Below are positions 23,610 to 38,971 of a stretch of 64,000 nucleotides of DNA, one piece after another; position 1 is the stretch's first letter; each line of letters starts with the position of its first letter. Position numbers and translations under genes: made by a program. The notes beneath the pieces are model-generated. The model did not search any database and was not told the DNA's origin. It saw only the letters and a program-made list of their open reading frames with translations. This DNA is from Eledone cirrhosa. Lineage: Eukaryota. The stretch lies in contig OZ024742.1 of NCBI GenBank assembly GCA_964016885.1, positions 89,156,001 through 89,220,000 of the forward strand. The letters run 5' to 3'.

Positions 23610-26600
23610 AAGCTCCTCGGTAGCACTGCCAAGCCAGGGACGTTTGGAAGTTGTCCATCGGTTCCGGGCCAAACGTCCTTCCGAACAGACTGGCTAGCTC
23701 GACTTCCTCCATGCCCAGAGCCTCTCTGAGAGCGTCGTCGCACTTGCTGCGCACCAACCCTCTATAGAATGTTGAGGTTGAGTCTCCACTGATTGCCGGA
23801 TCCGCTTGCCAGAGGGCCGTGAGCGCCTGGGCACATTCAATGTGCCAGTCGCTCACTTTTCTCGGTCTTTGCTTGACGCAGGATTGCAGCTCGATGAGTG
23901 AGACGAGTCTCGGAAAGGCTCGCCTCACAAAAGGGGCCCACACCGGCTGACCGGTGAGGAATACCTGGAGGTGCCGTAGCCTTAATGCGTGTCTACACAT
24001 CGTCAGCCACTCATCGCCAGCCCTCGGTTCGAAGGGTGTTGACAGCAGATGGATCTTCTCACCAAAGGGGACCGCTTCTTTCAAAGGAATCAGAAGAGCG
24101 CGCGCTCCATTTTGGCGAGCATTTTCGCTGGGCAAGGCACGACGGTCAAGTGGTAGTAGATGACGGACGCTATATACGTGTTCGCCACCTCCGCTCGACC
24201 TTTCAGGGATAGTTTGCACTTGGCCCACTTCTCGGCGAACGCAAACACCCTGCCCGTTACCTCATCCCAGTTTTACTCCACCTGAAGGTCCGGTCCGAAC
24301 CAGACCCCGAGCAGCTTCACCGGTCCCTCCGTCCAGTGTCCGACGGTTTGCCTCTCCACGTTCCGATTCCGAGTTGCAAACCGACGGACTTGTCCCGGTT
24401 CAGCTTGGCTCCTGTAAACCTTTCGTATTCCTCCAGTAAGGTGCCGATCTGCCCGACACCATTACTGTCACGTCATCGGCGTAGGCCGACACCGCTTTCC
24501 GCAATCCCGGTTCCAAGGGGATGCCCTGCAACAGCTCCAGCTTCCGCAGTAGTGGCTCGAGAGCCAGCACATACAGGAGGGAGAAGAGAGGGCATCCCTG
24601 TCGAATGGATAGCGTGATTTGGAACGGCTCCGAGAGGTAGCCGTTCACCTTGACCCTTGAGCAGGTGTTGCTGCTATGCATTGCAGCAATCCAGCCCCTG
24701 AAAACGGGTCCGAAGCCTGCCGCCGCGAGCACCGCATCCAGGTACGATGGTCAACCCTATCGAACGCTTTTGATTGATCCAAGTTGATCAGGGCCCCACC
24801 AAAGCCGGGTTCGTTCCCTACCCTCTCTACGATGTATCGCATGAGGTGGAGGTTGTCGTGTATGGACCTGGACGGGATTGAGCATGTCTGCGCTTCTCCC
24901 ACCAGGTTCCCGACGACAAGCGCCAACCTCTTCGCTAACATCTTGGCCAAAATCTTTAACTCTGTGTTCTGCAGAGTTACGGGCCTGAAGTTATCTATGT
25001 CATCCCCATTGTTCTCGTCCATCCTCACCAGCGTGACTTCGCCCTTGGTCACAGAACTGGGAATTCTCCCGTTCTGTTTCCAGTTGCAGTAGACCGCCTC
25101 GAGGACATCGGAGAACAAGTCCGTCATCGCTACATCAAGTTCGTATGGTAGACCATCGAGACTGGGAGATTTGCGTTTGCCGCATAGGCTCAGTGCTTCC
25201 CGTATTTCAGCGGCTGAAATCGGCCTTTCGCAGGACTTCGCCTCCACGTCCGAGAGCCGGGGCAGACCGTCGAGGTATGGACCGAAATCCATGGCCTCAC
25301 CCGGCCCTTCGCCCCTTCCGAACTCTCGTACAAAGCGCCGTTGAAAGGCCGCGCACATCCGTTCAGGTTCAAGGAGCACGCGTCCATCCTGGTCCTTCAA
25401 AGACCGAATCGTGGACTTGTTTCCACTTTTTGCCTCTGTCACTCGGGTCCAGCTAACAGCTTTGGCTCCCTCGGTACCCAGAGCACGCATTTTACTCCTG
25501 ACAACACAACCCTCGTGCTTCGCGTCAAAGAACTGGTCTAAGGCCGTTCTTGACGCTAGCACGCCGGCCACGTTTCCCCTCCTAATCGCCTCTTCTACTC
25601 TATCTATCAATTCCTTTTCAGCTCTATTTCTATCTGATGCTAATTCCTGACTAAAACCTATCGATTCTATTCTAATTTCTCTCTTGAGAGAGCCCCATCA
25701 CCTGTTGTTGACAATTTCCCCCGTCAACCGCTGCTTAACTAGAGTGCTAATCCGCTTACTGTAAGCTTTGTTTGTCGGTAAAGACAAGTTTAGCTTCCAG
25801 TAACCGGGTCCTTGTCTATGGGTTCTATCAAGGTTGACCACTCCGGTCACCAACTTGTGATCCGAATAGTCAATCATGAACATTCGTGGACAGCTTAATA
25901 TGTCCCTATCTTTATTTCTAACTAGGAACCTATCTAGGTACGACCTAGATGTTCCGCTACGATTAGTTCACGTCCACAGTGGCACAGTCGGAAAATCTAG
26001 TCGATATCTATCGGCCAGATCAAATCGGCCGATTAACCGTTTGAGGCTGTTACACCCCCTATATCGGGACATGCCCCTACATAGTCCCAACGTGCATCCA
26101 GGATACCATTCCAGTCCCCCACTAAAAGCAAGGAGCGAGACGTTCCCAGAAAACTCTCTAGGCGTTGGACGAAGTCCGGTCGCGGAGTCCCAGATGGAGC
26201 ATACGCTGCCACCAGCCTGAAGGCTCCACCTTCACTACTGCCAACGTCTAGAACCACCAGTCGACCCTCCGGATCCAGGTGTACCTTCCGTGTTGCGAGG
26301 CCCAGGTGTTTTCGCAGCAGACGACTATCCCTCCCCCACTCCCCAGCTGACAGAGAGATGCATAGATCTCAAGGTTGTCGAAGATGGGGGCCAGTTGGTA
26401 CTCGCTGCTGACCCTCGACTCGCAAATAGCTATCACATCCATTCTGTGCGACCTGAGGTCATTTAAGAGTTTGCCCTGCTTCCAGGGCATCCCCAGGCCG
26501 CGCACATTCACACAACCGACTCTTACATTCGCCATGTTGGTGGTGAAGAGTTTAGAGTGGAGAAAAAGGAAAAGACACCTACGTGCCCTTCTCCTGGGGA

Positions 26601-27709
26601 CCAGGCTGCACAATTTCCATGGGGGTGTCGGCGGGGTTGTTTGGTGGGTGGTGGTTTGGGATGTGGTGGGGACATCAGTGTGTGGTGGAGGGGGGGGGGG
26701 GGGGTATCTGGGGTGGTGGTGGTGGGGAAACATTTCAAGAGGACGCGGTTGCTAAGTCTAGTAGAGGGACTCCCCACGTCCTCGGGAAATTTCTGTTTGA
26801 GCATTGCGTAGGTGTCCCTTGGGACCCTAATCATTTTAAATGCGGTTTAGTCGCCGCGTTGGTTAACATTTTCCGTTCGGTTTCCACCGAAGTGTTTACA
26901 CAAGTGTTTTGTTGTTTGTGTTGATGTATGTATACTGTTTTTGTTGTGGTGTGTTTGTTTTTGTTTGTTGTTCTTGTGTTTTGTTTTTGTTTGTTGTTCT
27001 TGCGTTTTGTAGTATGTGTTATGTTTTCGGGAGGGGTGGGTTTTTTTGTTTGTTCTGTTTGTGCTGGTGGTTGTGTGTTTGTTGCATTTTTGTTAATGTG
27101 GTGCCTTCTTTTCTTTCTTTTTACAGGTTGAAAGGGTTCTCCCTCGTCGTCACTGGGTGACGTTGATAAGGAGTCCTCGTCCGTGTTGTTGGGGAGGGGT
27201 ATATTTTTTTTTGGGGGGGGGGTTGCTTTTGTATTTGTTTTAGGTGGGTAGGGTTGGGTGGGACAGTGTCTTGTGTTGTTATTTTTTCGTGTTGTTGTTG
27301 TTGTGGTGGTGGTGGTGGTGGTGTTGTGTGTGGGGTGGGCAGAAGCGTCTTTTGAGGGGGGCACTTAAAAGGGGACAGGAAGCCCTTAGGTGACCACTTC
27401 TTGAAGAGTGGTAGCATGAAGGCCGCCTGCCCTCAACAGAAATGTTTATGAAGGCGACTCCATCCAGGGACACACGCTGCGGTATTCTTGCTATCCGTTC
27501 TGGTCTCATTTGGACGCCTTTTTATCGACAACTTATAACTATTAAATTTCGTCCCAAAAAAGGGGCGAAATTTATTTTACCCAACGTCTGCAGGCCCAGG
27601 CAAGAGTTTAAACACAACAAATAACAAATTACTTAAACAGACCTACCGCTTCTCGTAATAAATTCCGACAAAATGCAGGAGCGAAACAAAAACAAGTCTA
27701 TCTTCTCCG

Positions 27710-27710
<1 letters not shown>
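23610..27710 (-). mobile_element. Tx1-clade LINE, older decayed copy (5' half of ORF1 deleted, 3' end missing)
   Basis: ORF1 remnant ISVEGRRPSCYH..GHLRASC. ORF2 pieces: VNVRGLG, GDWNGILD, YSDH, GYWKLN, DQSKAFDRV, RQGCPL, SAYADDV, LAWQCYRGA. The 5' end abuts (GATA)n at 27711. Confidence 0.92.

Positions 27711-27745
<35 letters not shown>
27711..27745. repeat. (GATA)n spacer between two tandem Tx1 elements
   Basis: Directly visible. Confidence 0.95.
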
Positions 27746-27959
27746 TTCTTTATTTACCATAAAGGCATAAAAAGAAGGGACAAATACAAAGGGGGAGTTT
27801 ACATATAATCGAGTAAAAAGGGTGTAACATGAAAATAATCGAAAATAACCTCAAAAGGGAGGGGACGTGATGGGGGTTGCACACACCCCCGAAAAAGTGT
27901 GCAATCCTTTGCCCGGGGAGCACATGGAGAAGGTGCTCCCCTCTCCTTTACTTCTTTAC

Positions 27960-30900
27960 CTACAGGATGGTATACAGAGAAGGCCCATTTACACGAGCCA
28001 TTCTCGCCACTATCACCCACCTTTCATAAAACTGCCTGTGGCCAAGCACCTCTCTCTCCATTCTTATCCTTCTTCCGAAGTGATATCGGAAGAAGTAGAC
28101 CAGACTATGGCCAGAGAGGAAGTTGCCTGACCTCAGACCTTTCAATCGTGTCCACCAAACAACCTCTTTCAACATGGCTATTACGCACAGAAAAACCGCC
28201 TTTGCTTCCTTTGTGAAGAGGGGAGGCGGTTTGATTGTCATCACGGACTCGGCGGTCAATTTAATCGGCGCCACCCGCGACAGCAGTTGTTCGGCGTAGC
28301 CCCACAGATCAGCCACGCCAGGACATTGCACCAATGCGTGCGCCACGGTTTCTTCGTGACGCACGCATCTAGGGCAAATCTTTTTTGAGGGATCCCTGCC
28401 CGGGCGCCCGTGTCTGTAGAGCCTCTCTCGAACGGGTAGAGCCCCTCGGTAGCACTGCCAGGCCAGTGACTTCTGGAAGTTGTCCATTGGTCCTGGGCCG
28501 AAAGTCCTACCGAACAGGCTGGCCAGTTCGTCTTCTTCCATGTCCAGCGACTCTCCAAGGGTGTCATCGCCCCTGCTAGCCACCAGCCCTCTATAGAATG
28601 ATGAGGTGGATTCTCCACCGATGGCCCGGCCCGCTTGCCAGAGAGCCCTGAGCGCCTGAGCACACTCAGTGTGCCAGTCTCCCAGTTTTCCGGATCTTTG
28701 CTTGACCCAGGACTGTAGCTCGGTGAGTGAGACGAGTCTCGGAAAGGCTCGTTTCACGAACGGAGCCCACACCGGTTGACCAGTGAGGAATACCTGTAGG
28801 TGCCGTAGCCTTAATGCGTGCCTACGCATCATCAACCACGGCATCCCCAGCCCTCCTTTCGAAGGTTGTTGGCAGCAGATGGATCTTCTCACCATAGGAG
28901 GACGCTTCTTCCAAAGAAATTGGAAGAGCATGCGTTCCATGGTGGTGAGTGTTTCCTTAGGGCAAGGCACGACAGTCAGGCGGTAGTAAGTGACGGACGC
29001 TATGTAAATGTTCGCCACCTCCGCCCGGCCTTTTAGGGACAGCTTACACTTGGCCCATTTCTGGGTTAGTGCAAACACCTTGTTCGTAACCTCGTTCCAG
29101 TTCTTTTCCACCTGGAGGTCCGGTCCAAACCAGACCCCAAGCAACTTTACCGGGCCCCCCGTCCAGTGTCCGACGACACCGTCAGGAGGCATCGGTCTGC
29201 CTCTCCACGTTCCGAGTTGCAGCCCGATGGATTTTTCCCGGTTCAGTTTCGCTCCTGACAACCTTTCGTACTCCTCCAGTAAGGTACCGATCGCCTCGAT
29301 CTCCGAGTCGGTTGATACCATTACTGTTACGTCATCGGCGTAGGCCGACACCGCTTTGCTCAATCCTGGTTCCAGGGGGATACCCTGCAACAACTCCAAC
29401 TTCCTCAGTAAAGGCTCGAGAGTCAATACGTACAGAAGGGAGGAGAGAGGGCACCCCTGTCGAATGGATCGTGTGATTTCGAACGGCTTCGAAAGGTAGC
29501 CGTTCACCTTGATCCTAGAACAGATGTGGTTGCTATGTAGGGCAGTGATCCAGCCTCTGAAAACAGGACCGAACCCAGCCGCCGCTAGCACCGCATCCAG
29601 GTAACCATGGTCGACCCTATCGAAGGCCTTAGACTGATCCAAGTTGATCAGGGCCCCACCGAAGCCGGGTTTGTTGCCAACCCTCTCTATGATGTATCGC
29701 ATGAGGTGGAGGTTATCGTGAATGGACCTGGATGGGATAGCACATGTCTGCGCATCTCCCACCAGGCCACCCACGACAAGCGCCAACCTCTTTGCTAACA
29801 CTTGGCCAAAATCTTTAACTCTGTGTTTAGCAGGGTTATGGGCCGAAAATTATTTATACTATCCCCCTTGTTCTCGTCCTTCCTCACCAGCGTGACTACG
29901 CCCTTGGCTACAGAACAAGGAATTCTCCCGTTCTGCTGCCAATTGCAGTAGACCGCTTCGAGGAGTTCGGAGAAGAAGACCGGCATTGCTAAATAAAGTT
30001 CGTAAGGTATACCATCGAGACCTGGAGATTTGCGTCTGCTGCATTGGCTCAGCGCATCTCCGATCTCATCAGCCGAGATTGGTCCCTCGCAGGACTCTGC
30101 CTCTTCGTTCGAGAGACGCGGCAGGCCGTCGAGGTATGGACCGAAATCCACGCCCCCGCCCGGACCCTCGCCTCCCCCGAACAATCGGGCAAAGTGTCTT
30201 TGAAAGGCCTCGCACATCTGCTTAGGCTCCCGGATCACCCGTCCATCTTCGTCTTGCAACGACCGGATGGTGGATCGATTTCCACTCTTAGCTTCTGTCA
30301 CGCGGGCCCATCCAACGGCTTTGGCCCCCTCATTACCTAGAGCACGTATTTTACTTCGAATGACGCAGCCTTCGTGCTTTGCATCGAAAAACTGGTTCAA
30401 GGCCGTCCTCGATGCCAGCACTCTGGCCACATCTTCGCTCTTGATTGCCTCTTCTAATTTACCTGTTAATTCTTTCTCGTTTCTATTCCTATCGGCAGCT
30501 AACATCTTGCTATAACTTATTGATTCTGTTCTAATCTCTCTTTTGAGAGATGCCCACCATCGGTTGTTGACGATTGCACCCGTCAACCTCTCCTTAACTA
30601 ATCTGCTAATCCGGTTTCTGTAAGTCTCTTTTGCCGGTAAAGACAAATTAAGTTTCCAGTAACCGGGATCCTGTCTATGTGTTTTCTCGAGATTGACCAC
30701 GCAGGTCACTAATTTGTGATCCGTGTAGCCAACCGTGAGCATTTCTGGACAGCTTAATATGTCCCTATCCTTACTTCTAACTAAGAATCTATCTAAGTAC
30801 GATCTAGATTGACCACTGTGGTTTCTCCAAGTCCAGGTAGGCACAGTTGGAAAATCTAGTCGATATCTATCGACCAAGTTAAAACGGTCGAGTAACCCCT

Positions 30901-31390
30901 TGAGGCTGTTACACCCCCCTCTATTGGGACATGCTCCTGCATAGTCCCAACGTGCATCCAGGATGTCATTCCAATCCCCCGCTAGAAGCAGGGAACGCGA
31001 CGTTCCCAGAAAAGTCTCCAAACGCTGGAAGAAGTCGGGCCGTTCAGCTCCGAAAGGGGAGTAGACGGCGACCAGTCTCAAGGCCGCACTTTCACTACTG
31101 CCAACGTCTAGCACCAACAAACGACCCTCCGGGTCCGAGTGCACAACCTGTACGGCAACACCCAGGTGTTTTTGCAGCAGTACGACAACCCCACCTCCAG
31201 GTTGACAGAGAGATGCATGCACCTCAAAGTCAGCGAAGGTGGGGGCCAGCTGCCGCACGACGCTGATTCGAGTCTCACAGATAACCATTACATTTATACT
31301 ACATGACCTGAGGTCATTTAGAAGCTTTGCTTGCTTCCAAGTTGAGCCCAGGCCACGTGCATTCAAACATCCTACTCTTAACACATCCAT
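27960..31390 (-). CDS. Tx1 LINE ORF2 (APE endonuclease, RT, C-terminal CCHC), ~1143 aa if one missing base at ~29800 is restored
   Basis: EN: LNARGL, ICETR, GDWND, YLDRFLV, YTDH. RT: KSPGLDG, NFRPITLLN, DQSKAFDRV, RQGCPLS, SAYADDV, KLLGVWF. C-terminal CPRC..ETVAHALVQC. ORFs 29795-31390 and 27960-29801 join at ILAK/VLAKRL. Confidence 0.93.
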
Positions 31391-31423
31391 GTGGGCGGCA
31401 GAGCCAAAGGAGAGTGTAGAGAC

Positions 31424-33148
31424 CTACCTTTCCGCTTCCCGGGGTTCGGGTTGCACGACTTCCATGGGGTCGGGGGTGTTGGGTGAAGGGGTGTCTTGTG
31501 GTGGTGTGGGGTCGTCAGTGTGTGGTGGGGTTGGGGTGTTTGGAGTTGTGTTGGGGAGGGGGAGGGGAGGGGGAAAGCTTTTTAGTAGGGCGCGGTTAAT
31601 GGGTTTGACAGAGGGTGGTCCTACGTCCTCCTTAAAATCCTTTTTTAGTTTTTGGTAGAGATTCATTGGGATCTTTATTAATTTTAAATGTGGGTAGTTT
31701 TCTGACGAAACAAAGTTTACACCTCCGGTTTGTACCGAAGGATTATTGTATATGAGTTCATTTAATTTATTATTGTTTCTGTTGATGTAAGTATAGTGTA
31801 ATGTCTTTTTTTCGGATGGTGTGAGTGTTTCGAAGAGGGGAGGGGCAGGTTTGGTTTTGTTTGTTGCTGGAGGGGTGTTTCCTGTTTTGTTGGATTGTGT
31901 TGAGATTTGGGTGGGGGTTGTTTGGCCTTGTGTGTTTTGCACATGTTTTCTTTTTTTCCTTTTAATCTGTCTGAAGGACTCCGTTTCTTCCTCCGAATTC
32001 GTTGGGTTATCTTCAGTGTTGGAGGGAAGAGGTATGTTTGCTGGTAATGTTTCCGTGTTGGTTTTCTTTGTGGGAGAGATGGATGTCACTATGTTAGACT
32101 GTGTTGTGTGTTGTGTCTGCGGTGGTTGTGTTGTTTTATTGAGTGAGAGGTTGGGTGGGCCTGTATTTTGTTTTGGGCTAATGTGTTGTGACTGTTTGTG
32201 TTGTGGTGGTGTTGTGGTTTTACTGAGGGACGGGTTGGGTGGGACTGAGTTTTGTTGTTTGTTTATCTGTTGTGGTGGTGGTGGTGGAGCTGGTGTTGGT
32301 AGCAGGGTTTTCTTTCTGTTGAGTTGGGGACAAGCGGCCTTCAGGTGCTCTCTGCCTGCACAGATATGGCAGGACGGCCTTCTCCCCTCCACGCTAATGT
32401 TTATATACCCGTGGTCCTCTAATAGGATTCTGTCGGGTATTTGGGCGATGCGTTCAGGCTTCATTTGCACTACCAGCTCTATACCTGTTCCACTGAACGC
32501 ATTGCCTGTGGTTTTCCCAATGGAAATCACGTTGTCATTCACTGGATCGATGAAGCCAGCTATGAGCCAGCAGTAGTCCACATCTGGCATCATTGCATCC
32601 AGCCATATGCGTTGAGTTCTTTTCCCCATATAAGATGGATAAAAGGTGAAATTTTTCGAACGAATCGGTGACAAAGCACATTTTTTTGCCGCCGATTCGT
32701 TCTTCATGATAATTGCTAGGCTTCCATACAGTCTGTCTTTTCTTATGAAAGTGGTTTCATTAAGTACTTCTGTGAGTACTGTTTTGATATCTGCTTGAGA
32801 AGGCTGTTCAGGTTTTTTTGTACTGTTGTTGATGGTCCGAAACTTGACCGTTCGGCTTTCAATGTCTTTGGTGAATTCTTGAGGCATTTTTACCGATAAA
32901 ATACCATTCTCTCCTTCACTTATGTATTGTTTGGCGTCTGTGATCCTTCGTGCCACATCTGAAATATTTTCCGCTATATAAGTCAAAGATTTCTTTGTTT
33001 TCTGTGCAAATGAAATCTTGTCGTCTGCTTTGCTTTCTGTTATGGTGTTATTTTCAAATGTTATTTTTGTGTTTGTTGTGTCTTTGTTTGTGTTATTAGT
33101 ATTGTCAGGCAATTTTTCAAATTTTTTTTTTTCGTTGTTGGAATCCAT
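31424..33148 (-). CDS. Tx1 LINE ORF1 (gag-like nucleic-acid-binding protein with CCHC zinc knuckle), 574 aa
   Basis: Uninterrupted ORF; CHICAGREHLKAAC = CX2CX4HX4C; P/T/Q-rich disordered C-terminal half; basic KRKKRK stretch; homologous remnants in the neighbouring copy. Confidence 0.88.
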   Translation of the reverse strand: MDSNNEKKKFEKLPDNTNNTNKDTTNTKITFENNTITESKADDKISFAQKTKKSLTYIAENISDVARRITDAKQYISEGENGILSVKMPQEFTKDIESRTVKFRTINNSTKKPEQPSQADIKTVLTEVLNETTFIRKDRLYGSLAIIMKNESAAKKCALSPIRSKNFTFYPSYMGKRTQRIWLDAMMPDVDYCWLIAGFIDPVNDNVISIGKTTGNAFSGTGIELVVQMKPERIAQIPDRILLEDHGYINISVEGRRPSCHICAGREHLKAACPQLNRKKTLLPTPAPPPPPQQINKQQNSVPPNPSLSKTTTPPQHKQSQHISPKQNTGPPNLSLNKTTQPPQTQHTTQSNIVTSISPTKKTNTETLPANIPLPSNTEDNPTNSEEETESFRQIKRKKRKHVQNTQGQTTPTQISTQSNKTGNTPPATNKTKPAPPLFETLTPSEKKTLHYTYINRNNNKLNELIYNNPSVQTGGVNFVSSENYPHLKLIKIPMNLYQKLKKDFKEDVGPPSVKPINRALLKSFPPPLPLPNTTPNTPTPPHTDDPTPPQDTPSPNTPDPMEVVQPEPREAER

Positions 33149-33540
33149 GTCCAGATTTGTGTTTTCGTCATTTTTTTTCTCCGCAGATTCGTCTGTTTTT
33201 ATTTTAATTTTTCCTTCCTTCTCTATGACGTTAGTTGGGAAGGAAGGGGGGGACTAAAGCGTGCGAGCTTACAACTCTTACCGCTGTCCCCCCACCACTA
33301 TTTTCGTTCGCTGCGTTTAACATTTCTGTTAGACGATTGAAATTTTTTACACAAAATTTTTTAAAACAGGTTTTTCACCTCTAGGAGGGGTAAAGATGAG
33401 CTGACCCACCGCCTGACAGTTCAGACGGAGGGTCAAGCTACACAATTGTATCAAAATTAAGTTTGAAAATTTCCTCAATAAATTTGAACAAAACTTCTGT
33501 GCGAAGTGAATGACATCCACACTGTAGAACAGACGACAGC

Positions 33541-34385
<845 letters not shown>

Positions 34386-34479
34386 AGCCTAAGAAAATAT
34401 CTATATGCGTGTGTAATTTATACACGCATATATTTATTTTTTTTATTTTCAATTGATAATGTTTTCGAAAAAACTAATT

Positions 34480-35240
34480 AACCCGCGTGTATATTATTAT
34501 TTTTTTCCTCCTTTCGTGGATCGTAGTTGTCTCCCCTTCCCGCTTCGTGTCGCTATGATACTTCCTCAGTCAAGAACTGCTGGAATTTCAAATTTGGCGG
34601 TCATTTGATGCGAGAAGGAGCAACTTAACAGACACGATTTTTGACTGCGGTAAGAATTTCTTTCTTATATCAAAGTTTAATGGGCTTCCACTGATGATTT
34701 ATAAACGCCCACCTAAATATATTCTTATATGAATATATATTAGGCTTCTACATAAACTGGAAATATTCTCCCAACTTGTAGAAAACTTATAATGAAACAA
34801 TTGTTTGGAAAGAAAGATGTATTTTAACTTTAATTATATCTCATGAAATAATACAACTGGTTTTTCCACATTATACATATTGTTAGCACCCCAAACACTT
34901 AAATTGGGTTTATATTTAAATATAACCTAATGTTTGTTGAGTGAGATGGATACCAGTCAGAGTTTAGCTTTAAACTATCTCTGTTATTGTATTAATTATA
35001 TATATATATATATATATATAGTGTATGTGATTTAGGGAATTACTGCTGGTGGTACTATTACGACCACTCGATGCACAGTTAGAGAGTTAGAGTGTATATT
35101 AGGGGAAAAAAACGATGAATATATTTGTTTTTATTTTTTATCGGCGTGTTACGCGCGTTTTACCGTGATTGGCTCAAGTACACCCAAGGAAGATATGCGC
35201 CCGACTCCAGTATCGATCAGCCCGTCAGATTGGTGATTAA
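34480..35240. promoter_or_regulatory. Possible promoter region (CHR/E2F-like element, CCAAT boxes, local CpG enrichment)
   Basis: TTTCAAA-TTTGGCGG at 34586-34600; ATTGG near 35168 and 35229; GT donor-like sites at 34650 (GTAAGA) and 35554 (GTAAGT). Confidence 0.3.
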
Positions 35241-37144
35241 AGAAGAAAAAAAAATATTTATGGTGATTGCTGTAATGTTGGGTATATATAAACATCGGTC
35301 ATACTTTTTTGCGTGGATGGGTGCGTATGTAAGTGTGTGAGTGCTTGGCCATGCTTACATGTGTGTGTATATATATTTGTTTATATGTATAACATCGGTT
35401 GTATAAACAGCCTAGTCTTCACTGATCAGTTCTTTCGTTCAATCGGTATTCTCATCTCTACACAAATGACTGCAACTCCAAATGTTTATTTGATTTTTCC
35501 CATGAGGTGTAATGATGCTTTCACAATTATTGAAAACATCACATGAGAAATTGGTAAGTTAAATTTATTTCTTTTGAAATTCCATACTCGACTGCTATGA
35601 CCCATTCAATTCATCTCAGTATTTTGCTGAAGGACAGAAGACTGATAGTATAATTTCTTAGCAGTTTAGTGTTCAGGCAGGAAGAATGAAATTAATTCGA
35701 ATTAATGTCACTTAGTCATAAATTGAATAAATATCTATACATAATTGAAACAGATATGAGAAAAAAATTTGACTCAGGTGAGCTTTCAACATTTCAGAAG
35801 TGAAACTAAAGACTGGAAAACGACTCGAACAATGTTACTCAGTTATGAAATGCTACAAATATTTGTTGTGAAATTATTCTTTGAATATAGGAAATTTCAC
35901 GTGTATCACTAGCCCAAGAAAATTACATATATGAGAGAAATAGTTATAATCTACCGTCTAAATTAAATAATAATCTTTTTTGCGGATAGAGTTATGCAAA
36001 CATGCTTTTTAGGTTTTCTGAGGTTAATATATTGAACGATGCCTGGTGCATGATCAAACGAAAATAACCCAATAAACCAATCAGTGAAGTTTAAAACTTT
36101 TAGTATTGTTGCTATTTATTTTTTGTTGATTCGATGATGAATATTATAACTATATATTTATGACACACCTATTATTACTTCCCTTTTTTGACATGCGCTA
36201 TGTACAAAATATATTTACAAGGATATTTGTAGTGTATATAAAATGAAATGTTTCTAAATTATTAATGTTCAGTGAAGCAGACGTATATGTGGGAAACAAA
36301 TTATAGATATTTTTCTTCATTTCATTCCCGTGTTTTTTTACCAATCATTACTTCAACTAGGAATATTTTTCTATCTACTGTTACGGAACTTCCCCATTTT
36401 TGTTAATGCTAATTTTGTTTATGTACACATAAATGTTTCTGGTAAATTAACAGCGTATTCGAAATGGGGGAATAGAATTCAGAACTCTGGGCGTTATAAC
36501 TAAATATTCTAGAGCAATTTTATCATATAACATATCCAATAAATTCTGAAAATAAATACACTTTTAAACAAGCAAAATATTTTATGGGACGGAGAATGGT
36601 TGCGTTAATATATTTCCCCAAAAGAGATACCATTAAAATGAATAGTCTCAAACGTTTTTAACGTACAATCAAAACTGAGTCGCGGAATCATCTCAACAGG
36701 AATTTACAGCTTCGTCTAATTACAACACTTGCTAAATCATATTGCAAATATAAATATTGAATTAGTCGAATGAACTTTGTCTTATTTGCTTCAGCAACTC
36801 CAAATCATAGAAAATAGTTTTTCTTTGCATAAACATGTGATAACAACGAGTGTATTTAAAAGAATTCATTCTCACCTGGTACTCCATTTTCTCCCATGCC
36901 GTATTTTAATTCCTCCGTCGTACATTTTAATGAGCGTATATATAAACGAGCCTCAAGTCAGATACTACTTACTAAATGGCAGAATTAATCTGTATCCGTG
37001 TTATATAATACGTTTAACTGACGGTCTTTCATCTGAGTTGAATGTCCCACATTTGTAGGTCATTACGTGATATAATATATTTTCTGTGGTTCAATTTTTA
37101 TGCACAGTTGTCATATTTGTTGTCTTAAAATAAAAAAAAATAAT

Positions 37145-38971
<1,827 letters not shown>

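Larger units (their letters stand above)
27746..33540 (-). mobile_element. Full-length Tx1-clade LINE bounded by (TATC)n tracts
   Basis: ~390-nt 5' UTR, ORF1, 33-nt spacer, ORF2, and a ~210-nt 3' UTR ending AATAAA-GAAA-(TCTA)n. (GATA)n on both flanks. Confidence 0.95.

Noticed and set aside
31821-32576. 251-aa plus-strand ORF
   Set aside because: Antisense shadow of the A/C-rich Tx1 ORF1; no independent motif.
35505-35550. SECIS or pre-miRNA
   Set aside because: Helix II does not form after the AUGA, and the 8-nt bulge is unlike a pre-miRNA.
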